Shown: one piece after another, positions 42,476 through 48,783 of the stretch
Layout of the letters: every line of letters begins with the position of its first letter
Numbering within the stretch: position 1 is the stretch's first letter
DNA from: an uncultured Dehalococcoidia bacterium
Lineage (GTDB): Bacteria; Chloroflexota; Dehalococcoidia; Tepidiformales; Tepidiformaceae
Length of the DNA stretch: 48,783 bases
NCBI GenBank assembly: GCA_963933025.1
Contig: CAWVTC010000001.1
Location: forward strand, 1-48,783
Reading direction: 5' to 3'
Translations under genes and position numbers: made by a program
Notes under the pieces: generated by a model
What the model was told of the DNA's origin: nothing
Databases searched by the model: none
The model's input: the letters and a program-made list of their open reading frames with translations, nothing else

Positions 42476-44119
42476 ATGTTGGAACTAAATGGAGCGCGAA
42501 TTATTGCGCAACAATTAAAAAACGAAGGAATAGATACCGTTTTCGGAGTGGTTGCAGGACCTATGATTGAGGTAATGGCTGCAATGGCAGAAGAAGGTAT
42601 CAATGTCATCAACTGCAGGCATGAAGAATCAGCAGCATTTGCTGCATCAGCTTGGGGTTGGCAAAAAGGGAAAGCAGGTGTGTGTGTTGTAGGATCGGGA
42701 CCAGCCCAGACAAACACTATAACTCCTATGTATGTTGCGACTGAAAGTGGGATGCCCCTTGTAGTCCTCGGAGGATCGTCCAGAGGTAATCAACGCGGTC
42801 TCGGTGCATTCCAAGAAGCAAATCAGGTCACTTATGCTGAACCGGTATGTAAATGGTCAGTCCAAGTCGATAACACAAGTAGAATTGCAGAATATGTACA
42901 TCTAGCACTAGGTCGTGCTACAAGTGGTAGGCCAGGTGCTATCTACGTAGATTTCCCCGCAGAGTTCATTGGGAAATCGGTTAGTGAAGATGAAGTTATA
43001 TGGCGCCAACAATCTCCACATATTGCGCCAGCTGCACCTGATAGTGAGGGTCTGAACAAGATCGTCGAACTGTTAAGTGAAGCTGAACATCCGTTAATCA
43101 TTGTTGGGAAAGGTGCAGGATGGGCAAATGCGGGAACAGCGCTTGAACAATTAGTTTCGTTAGGTATTCCTTTTGTAACTTCACCAATGGGCAGGGGGAC
43201 TATCCCAGACGACGATCCGATGTTTTTTAACGGTGCTAGGTCAGTCGCACTTGCTGAAGCAGATGCCGTATTGATGATAGGAGGGAGATATAATTGGATT
43301 TTTCAGTTCGGACAAGAACCCCGATTTAGAAAAGATGTCCGCTTAGCACAAATAGATATCTCAGCAGAAGAATTCTATAGTGGTGCAGATTTAGAAATAG
43401 GTGTTACTGCTGACTGTCGTTTAGCTTCTGAGCAACTTTACGAAATTCTTAGAACTCGTACTTTACGTTCTTCCAATAATGAATGGGTACAACTACTACA
43501 AAAGACAAGGAATCAGAATGAGTCACGTTTGGCAGAAGCAATGGATTCTGACGAAAAACCTATTAATCACTTCCGTTTATTAAGAGAACTCCGCGACGTG
43601 GTTGAACGTGATGCAACGCTTTCTGTTGATGCAGAATTAACCATGGGTGTAGCAAGAGCAGTTCTCCCATCCTTTGGACCACGCCTGCGTCTAAATTCTG
43701 GAACAACCGGTTGTATGGGGACAGGCTTCCCTTATGCGATAGGTGCAAAACTAGCAAGGCCAGAGAAGCAGTCTATTGCGATCCTAGGGGATTACGCGTT
43801 TGGAGCTGCGGCTATGGAGGTGGAAACTTGTGCGCGAGTTGGTGCAAACGTTGTCATTATTCTATCTAATAACGGCGGAATAGCTGGACATACGATCCAA
43901 AATCGCATGTTCACCCCTGATGCCCCTCCCATCGCAGCAATGTTGCCAATTGATTATGAACACATGGTCAAGATGGTTGGGGGACACGCACAGCGAGTTG
44001 AAGATCCAAAAAATCTACAGAGTGCAATAAAAAAGGCTCTTGCATCCGAAACGATTTCACTTGTTAACGTTTTAACAGATCCCGAAGGAACACGAAGCGG
44101 CTCAGCTTATCTGGGATAG
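42476..44119 (+). CDS. thiamine-pyrophosphate-dependent enzyme (acetolactate synthase / oxalyl-CoA decarboxylase-like)
   Basis: It has GIDTVFGVVAGPMIEV, and the TPP motif GDYAFGAAAMEVETCARVGANVVIILSNNGG. Confidence 0.85.
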   Translation: MLELNGARIIAQQLKNEGIDTVFGVVAGPMIEVMAAMAEEGINVINCRHEESAAFAASAWGWQKGKAGVCVVGSGPAQTNTITPMYVATESGMPLVVLGGSSRGNQRGLGAFQEANQVTYAEPVCKWSVQVDNTSRIAEYVHLALGRATSGRPGAIYVDFPAEFIGKSVSEDEVIWRQQSPHIAPAAPDSEGLNKIVELLSEAEHPLIIVGKGAGWANAGTALEQLVSLGIPFVTSPMGRGTIPDDDPMFFNGARSVALAEADAVLMIGGRYNWIFQFGQEPRFRKDVRLAQIDISAEEFYSGADLEIGVTADCRLASEQLYEILRTRTLRSSNNEWVQLLQKTRNQNESRLAEAMDSDEKPINHFRLLRELRDVVERDATLSVDAELTMGVARAVLPSFGPRLRLNSGTTGCMGTGFPYAIGAKLARPEKQSIAILGDYAFGAAAMEVETCARVGANVVIILSNNGGIAGHTIQNRMFTPDAPPIAAMLPIDYEHMVKMVGGHAQRVEDPKNLQSAIKKALASETISLVNVLTDPEGTRSGSAYLG

Positions 44120-44162
44120 AAACCCCCTTCGTGTTTGAAGCCAGGAACGGTATAGTATCGAC

Positions 44163-44672
44163 ATGAGCGAAATACAGAAGCCTAGATTACGTTTAGCAAA
44201 TGATACCGAGCTACCAGAACATCTCCGTTCACGAAATGATTTGGTAACACGTGTTTTTGGACACAATGCTGAGTTATATGAAAAATGGATGGAGTGGTAC
44301 AGACCCTTAGTACGTGACGGAAGTGTTACTTCACGACTTAAAGAAATACTACGACTTCGAGTAGCCCAGCTAAACACATGTGATTTCTGACAAGCAGCAC
44401 GGCTTCCCCTGTCAGGGGAAGGCAACACTTTGGAAGAAGACATCGTAGAGAAAATAGAGAGTTGGGGAGAGCACGACTTCTCTGAAGCTGAAAAAGCAGC
44501 TTTGCATTACACCGAAAGACTATTTGTTGACCACGCGAATATAGATAGCGAATTATTTGATGAACTACTAGCGCACTTTAATGAAGAGCAAATCGTTGAG
44601 ATTGGATGGGCCGTTGTCAGTTACCTTGGTTTCGGGAGATTAATTCATAGTTTTGGGCTAAAACCGAATTAA
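44163..44672 (+). CDS. carboxymuconolactone decarboxylase / AhpD-like protein with in-frame UGA (candidate selenocysteine, C-D-F-U)
   Basis: Track ORFs 44163-44390 and 44430-44672 are in the same frame. The joined reading is ...LRLRVAQLNTCDF[TGA 44388-44390]QAARLPLSGEGNTLEEDIVEKIESW..., which matches the CMD pattern RV.QLNGC.YC...H. The TGA falls at the second redox Cys, and a hairpin follows. Confidence 0.6.
44403..44421 (+). promoter_or_regulatory. candidate bacterial SECIS hairpin
   Basis: CTTCCCC-TGTCA-GGGGAAG: a perfect 7-bp GC-rich stem with a 5-nt loop containing GU. It starts 12 nt after the UGA. Confidence 0.45.
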
Positions 44673-44746
44673 CTCGATCAGATTAACTATTGCCCTATCA
44701 TTGTTAAACAAGAATTAAACGTTAAAGATTTCGAATAGGAGCAATC

Positions 44747-45085
44747 ATGGGAGAAATGATAACCACAGACTCCGGTCTGCAATATGAGGTACTAAACAAA
44801 GGAACCGGCGCAACTCCAGGACCAACAGATACAGTATCTGCTCATTATCATGGTACTTTTGAAGACGGACGTGTTTTCGATAGCTCTGTTGAGCGTGGTG
44901 AACCAATCGATCTACCTGTCAATGGAGTGATCTTAGGATGGCAGGAGGCCTTACAAATGATGAAGGAAGGCGATAAATGGCGTCTAATTGTTCCTTCTAA
45001 CCTTGGTTATGGTGAAGCAGGGGCAGGTCCAATACCTGGCAATACAACTCTAATATTTGAAGTTGAGCTCATTAAAGTCCTTTGA
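44747..45085 (+). CDS. FKBP-type peptidyl-prolyl cis-trans isomerase
   Basis: It has GLQYEVLNKGTG, VSAHYHGTFEDGRVFDSS, VILGWQEAL and GNTTLIFEVELIKV. Confidence 0.9.
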   Translation: MGEMITTDSGLQYEVLNKGTGATPGPTDTVSAHYHGTFEDGRVFDSSVERGEPIDLPVNGVILGWQEALQMMKEGDKWRLIVPSNLGYGEAGAGPIPGNTTLIFEVELIKVL

Positions 45086-45120
45086 GAACGAACTAAGTGG
45101 TGCAATTAGACTGACAAAAA

Positions 45121-45196
45121 TGGTGCCCCCGGCAGGAATCGAACCCACAACCCCCTGGTCCGAAGCCAGGTGCTCTATCCGTTGAGCTACGGAGGC
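45121..45196 (-). tRNA. tRNA-Arg (anticodon UCG), CCA encoded
   Basis: It was folded by hand: acceptor GCCUCCG/CGGGGGC, D arm GCUC-AACGGAUA-GAGC, anticodon arm CCUGG-CUUCGGA-CCAGG, and T arm GUGGG-UUCGAUU-CCUGC with two G-U pairs. It is 76 nt. Confidence 0.85.
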
Positions 45197-45278
45197 ATAC
45201 TTCACGGTCACTTTGGCAGGAGAACACCTGCTCAGCAACGGGGAAACATCTGCGAGAAGAGTACACTACATTTTAGAA

Positions 45279-46403
45279 ATGACCTCACATAAAGAAGCCA
45301 CATCAGTTTTTATGGCTAAAGCCATCGAAGCAGCACGCACAGCAAAAGGTATTGCAAGTCCTAACCCCTGGGTCGGCGCTCTCCTAACAAAAGATGGAAA
45401 AATCATCAATGTTGGTTCAACTGGGAAAATCGGAGGTGCACATGCAGAAGCACAAGCTCTCCAAAACAAACAAGTATCCGGCGGGACATTGTATACAACA
45501 CTAGAACCATGTGTAGCATTTGAGGGAAAACATACCCAGCCATGTACCGAAGTTATTATTAACTCCAACATCGAAAAAATTGTTATAGGAATTGAAGATC
45601 CAGATCCAAGAGTTAAAGGTCACGGGATTATACAGTTACGTAATGCAGGTATAGATGTCGAAATTGGTGATGGTGCCGATGAAATAATTCACCTTCTGAG
45701 ACCATATATTAAACATCGCCAAACAGGATTACCTTACGTAATTGGAAAATTTGCCGCTAGCCTTGATGGGAAAATCGCAACTAGCACTGGAAACTCTCAA
45801 TGGATCACTGGTGAAAAAGCCCGTGATACTGCCCATCATCAAAGAGCGTGGGTAGATGGAATCCTTATAGGTAGCGGCACGGCAATATCAGATGATCCTT
45901 CCTTAACTGCAAGGCCCAGAAATCTATCCCCAGAACAATTTAACCAGCCACTACGCATCGTTCTTGATGGTAGTGGAAAATTACCTGTTAACAGCAAATT
46001 AGTACAACCAAATGGAACAATAATTGCAACATCATCGAAATCTAAAAAAAATTGGCAAGAGTCCTTAACTGAACAAGGAGCACAGATCATAATTTGCGAA
46101 CCTAGCCAAAATGGCAGCGGCATTAATCTTGAGCAATTACTTCAAGTCTTAGGATCACGTTCCATACTTTCTCTATGGGTTGAGGGAGGATCACAAATTC
46201 TTGGCTCTTTTTTCAGTCAAGATCTCATTGATGAACTCTGGGCTTTCATAGCACCAATTATCATCGGAGGAGATGGTCTCTCAGCAATTAGCACGACAGG
46301 TACAAGTACATTGACTGAGGTACCTCATCTACGAGAAATCATTATTGAAAAACTGGAACAAGACTTTCTTATCCGTGGATTTACAGGGAATTGGGCCCCT
46401 TAA
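45279..46403 (+). CDS. ribD: bifunctional riboflavin biosynthesis deaminase/reductase
   Basis: It has FMAKAIEAARTAKGIASPNPWVGALL, HAEAQAL and TLEPCV (the deaminase zinc site). The C-terminal reductase domain has KFAASLDGKIAT. The track start at 45213 overlaps the tRNA region. Confidence 0.9.
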   Translation: MTSHKEATSVFMAKAIEAARTAKGIASPNPWVGALLTKDGKIINVGSTGKIGGAHAEAQALQNKQVSGGTLYTTLEPCVAFEGKHTQPCTEVIINSNIEKIVIGIEDPDPRVKGHGIIQLRNAGIDVEIGDGADEIIHLLRPYIKHRQTGLPYVIGKFAASLDGKIATSTGNSQWITGEKARDTAHHQRAWVDGILIGSGTAISDDPSLTARPRNLSPEQFNQPLRIVLDGSGKLPVNSKLVQPNGTIIATSSKSKKNWQESLTEQGAQIIICEPSQNGSGINLEQLLQVLGSRSILSLWVEGGSQILGSFFSQDLIDELWAFIAPIIIGGDGLSAISTTGTSTLTEVPHLREIIIEKLEQDFLIRGFTGNWAP

Positions 46404-46411
46404 AGGGAAAA

Positions 46412-46861
46412 ATGTCATTTTGGATTGTAGTAACCGGGCTAGAGATCTACGACAAAACCAAAGAAATGGAATTTAAAAAACATGGGTTCAAAAGCACAAG
46501 AAACAAGCTTGCTCAAAATATCGCTTATGGTGATTGTTTAATCTTCTACATCACAGGAAAAAAACAATTTGCTGGCATAGTAGAGGTTACTTCCAAAGTA
46601 ATCTATGACGATTCTAGAGTTTGGCAAAGCAAAAAAAAACCTGGTGAGATGTACCCTTTTCGCGTCAATACGAAGCCTGTTATAACACTAGAAGAAGGCA
46701 AGTGGTTAAATGCTGAAACCTATCATGAGCGCCTTAAGTGGACCAAAAAATGGCCACGGAAAAATTGGACTCTTGCCTATCAGGGAAGTTTACGTGAAAT
46801 ACCAAAGAGCGACTATGCCATACTATTGGCAGACTTCAAGTCGACAAAAAAACAAAAATAG
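46412..46861 (+). CDS. EVE/PUA-like domain protein
   Basis: The pattern FWIVVTG...GFKSTRNKLAQNIAYGDCLIFYITGKKQFAGIVEVTS is EVE-like. It starts 9 nt after the ribD stop. Confidence 0.5.
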   Translation: MSFWIVVTGLEIYDKTKEMEFKKHGFKSTRNKLAQNIAYGDCLIFYITGKKQFAGIVEVTSKVIYDDSRVWQSKKKPGEMYPFRVNTKPVITLEEGKWLNAETYHERLKWTKKWPRKNWTLAYQGSLREIPKSDYAILLADFKSTKKQK

Positions 46862-46869
46862 GGCGAAAA

Positions 46870-47361
46870 ATGCCTCGGTTACCTGAAAACATTGCTGAAG
46901 TCCTTTCAAAATACAACGCAGGACCGACTGAACTTAGGAGCATCCTTGATGGAATAGGTCCGGCTGATTTTAATCGCCGTCTTCCTAATGAAGATTGGGC
47001 CATTCGCGACTGCGTTCTTCACGTCGCTGATGCGGAGCTAATCTATGCGACTAGATTTCGCCTAGTTATAGCCTCCAAGGAATCAGTGCCTGAATTACCA
47101 ATATTTGATCCGGAAAATTGGAAGCGCCGCTTACTATACCCGTACAGAGATCCTGAAGGTGCATTAAGCTTATTTAATTTAATTAGGTACTCCAACGGAG
47201 ACATGCTTAAAGAATGTGAATTGGTGGCATGGACAAGAACAGGGAAGGATAGCTCTAATAAAACTTCTTCACTGAGTGAGATTTTGGAAGATGCGACTAA
47301 ACATTGCGTTGAACATGTTAAGCAAATCAAAACCCTTCGTGAAAAAAGTGCAAGCGAATAA
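46870..47361 (+). CDS. DinB-superfamily protein
   Basis: It shows a four-helix pattern with conserved His residues: DCVLHVADAELIY and ATKHCVEHVKQI. Confidence 0.55.
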   Translation: MPRLPENIAEVLSKYNAGPTELRSILDGIGPADFNRRLPNEDWAIRDCVLHVADAELIYATRFRLVIASKESVPELPIFDPENWKRRLLYPYRDPEGALSLFNLIRYSNGDMLKECELVAWTRTGKDSSNKTSSLSEILEDATKHCVEHVKQIKTLREKSASE

Positions 47362-47520
47362 TCTGGTAAACACTCCTCGATATCTTTATGCTAAGGACGA
47401 ATAATACTTTAGGGAAATCGTATGCCTTAGATGCGCGTAGAAGGCGCGGCGAAATTGATTAATAGGAAAAACGACTGCTATTTATCCTTTTAAGTTTATG
47501 GTGTAGACAAGGAGATATAA

Positions 47521-48294
47521 GTGAAAAAACCTCTTTGGGCTCTGGCATCAGGTTGTATCCCAGATGCTCAGCCGTGGGATATCCCGAAAATTGCTGCTTC
47601 AGCTGGATTTCTATCATCAGGAATGTGGGTTGATCCTGAAACAACATGGACTAATGATGCACTTAAAAAAACTAAAGCCTCTATCCGCGAAACTAATATC
47701 GAATTGATAGATGTTGAAGTCATCTGGTTAGAAAAAACTAAAAAAGCTACTGATACACACAAGTTAATTATAGATGTGGCCTTAGAGCTAAAAGCACGCA
47801 ATATATTAGTTGTTTCTCGTCATGAAAATTATAATGAGTCAATATCTCAATTCCGCGACATATGTGAAAGAGCTGGAAATGAAATTCGAGTATGCCTAGA
47901 GTTTGGTGAATTTACTGATATTAAATCATTAACTAAAGCGAGAGAATTTATTAATTCTGTCGATCATAAATCTGCTGGCATATTAATAGACTTAATGCAC
48001 TTAAATAGGGCTGGTGATAGTTTACCCGATATAGAAGACTCAATTTTTCCATATGTACAAGGTTGTGATTTTTGGCAGAACTCAGCTTCCATGAAAGGTA
48101 TGGACTATATAAAAGCGGCTGTTAATAGTCGGTGTTGTCTTGGTGAAGGCGAGGCTCGAAAAAACGATCTTATAAAAATGTGTCGTTCTTCAAAAGATAT
48201 AAGTCTAGAAATTAGATCTCTTGAACTACGCAATCAATTTCCAGATCCATATATAAGAGCTAAAGAAATCTTCAAGCGTTGTAAAAGGAATTGA
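47521..48294 (+). CDS. sugar-phosphate isomerase/epimerase (xylose-isomerase-like TIM barrel)
   Basis: The GTG start is preceded by AAGGAG. It has RVCLEFGEFTDI and GILIDLMHLNRAG. Confidence 0.55.
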   Translation: MKKPLWALASGCIPDAQPWDIPKIAASAGFLSSGMWVDPETTWTNDALKKTKASIRETNIELIDVEVIWLEKTKKATDTHKLIIDVALELKARNILVVSRHENYNESISQFRDICERAGNEIRVCLEFGEFTDIKSLTKAREFINSVDHKSAGILIDLMHLNRAGDSLPDIEDSIFPYVQGCDFWQNSASMKGMDYIKAAVNSRCCLGEGEARKNDLIKMCRSSKDISLEIRSLELRNQFPDPYIRAKEIFKRCKRN

Positions 48295-48571
48295 TAATTC
48301 TTGTACTTACATTTGCTAAAAAGATCTGTTCACTTTTTGTCTACCCTACTGTGTCTACACTCTGAATCAAAAAAAAGTTTGCCGAAACTGGTCACGTTTC
48401 CGTATGGACGAGAATTAAGCGAAATAAGTTAATAGATCTTGTTTGTTTGAACTCCCGATTCCCTACGGGAGGAGTTCAACAAACTCTTAAAAACGGGGAC
48501 TATGCATATGGTGGCAATACCCCGTAGTAATGTTGACTATTCACGCCCAATATCGGAATAGTCAAACATTC

Positions 48572-48783
48572 TTATCTTAGTATCACTTCCAGACCGTGCG
48601 GGTCGGAAGCTGAGACTTCCGTTCCATCTTTAAGAGTAACCATCCTTTTTGAGTCATTCATTGATGCGAGGTCCTCCTCTTCCCAACTGAGGCTCTTGCA
48701 ATCATCGCTGATGGTCAGAACAGCCACACCTGGTGTCCGATCCGCGGACTCAAGGGAGCCGATAGCCGACAGCGGTTTAGCAC
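48572..48783 (-). CDS. C-terminal fragment of an unidentified protein (possibly VOC/glyoxalase-like)
   Basis: The minus frame is open from the window edge to TAA (48572-48574): AKPLSAIGSLESADRTPGVAVLTISDDCKSLSWEEEDLASMNDSKRMVTLKDGTEVSASDPHGLEVILR. The ending DPHGLEVIL resembles VOC C-termini. GC is visibly higher than in the rest of the window. Confidence 0.45.
   Translation of the reverse strand, partial: AKPLSAIGSLESADRTPGVAVLTISDDCKSLSWEEEDLASMNDSKRMVTLKDGTEVSASDPHGLEVILR

Noticed and set aside
45050-45238. A 62-aa minus-strand ORF.
   Set aside because: It is entirely explained by the tRNA-Arg gene at 45121-45196 on the same strand.
45197-45278. An FMN riboswitch upstream of ribD, and likewise riboswitch or leader elements upstream of the pdx, folC and cimA genes.
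   Set aside because: The ribD upstream spacer is only ~80 nt and is occupied by the tRNA flank. I could not recognise the conserved FMN, TPP or THF riboswitch cores by eye in any of these leaders. A covariance-model scan would be needed to exclude them formally.

Overview
This is a 48.8 kb AT-rich bacterial chromosomal window. GC was not computed; by eye it is near 40 percent and rises in the last ~200 nt. Genes are densely packed on both strands and are mostly housekeeping or oxidoreductase-rich catabolic functions. In order they are: a LysM fragment, yqeK-like/hit, a CaCA-type antiporter, cimA, prs, resB plus a ResA-like thioredoxin, tmk, an R3H/AAA (ycf45-like) protein and pdxT. These are followed by a PPOX-family protein, an alkyltransferase-like protein, a VWA protein, a PdxA-family dehydrogenase, two paralogous nitroreductases, an MFS transporter, nhaA, two SDRs and an esterase. 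Next come an epoxide hydrolase, a class-A beta-lactamase-like lipoprotein, panE, DUF3500, a molybdopterin oxidoreductase, two Rieske-oxygenase relatives, an MDR dehydrogenase and an acyltransferase. The window ends with a folC-MTHFR-AKR-TPP enzyme operon, FKBP, tRNA-Arg(UCG), ribD, EVE and DinB proteins. I recognise no transcription factor, integrase, transposase, CRISPR array or rRNA. The paralog-rich oxidoreductase content is reminiscent of marine oligotrophs such as SAR202-type Chloroflexota, but that is inference only. The main hunt results are as follows. (1) Two Rieske-oxygenase paralogs have reciprocally lost cofactor sites: one is Rieske-only and the other is catalytic-iron-only. They sit in convergent operons with a Mo-oxidoreductase, a nitroreductase and an orphan protein. 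(2) An AhpD/CMD-family gene is split in the ORF track by an in-frame TGA exactly at the second redox Cys position, with a hairpin 12 nt downstream, so it is a likely selenoprotein. (3) Three copies of the hit start-codon region are arranged as B-core-P / P'-core-P / P'-core-B'. This implies two tandem integrase-less mini-cassettes carrying unannotated mini-ORFs. (4) Three intergenic islets (1.27-3.08 kb, 12.17-13.10 kb, 22.6-23.44 kb) share a repeat vocabulary: 11-bp tandem doublets whose word co-varies, an exact 24-mer, conserved 5' coding modules fused to unrelated downstream sequence, and a helically phased hexamer array.
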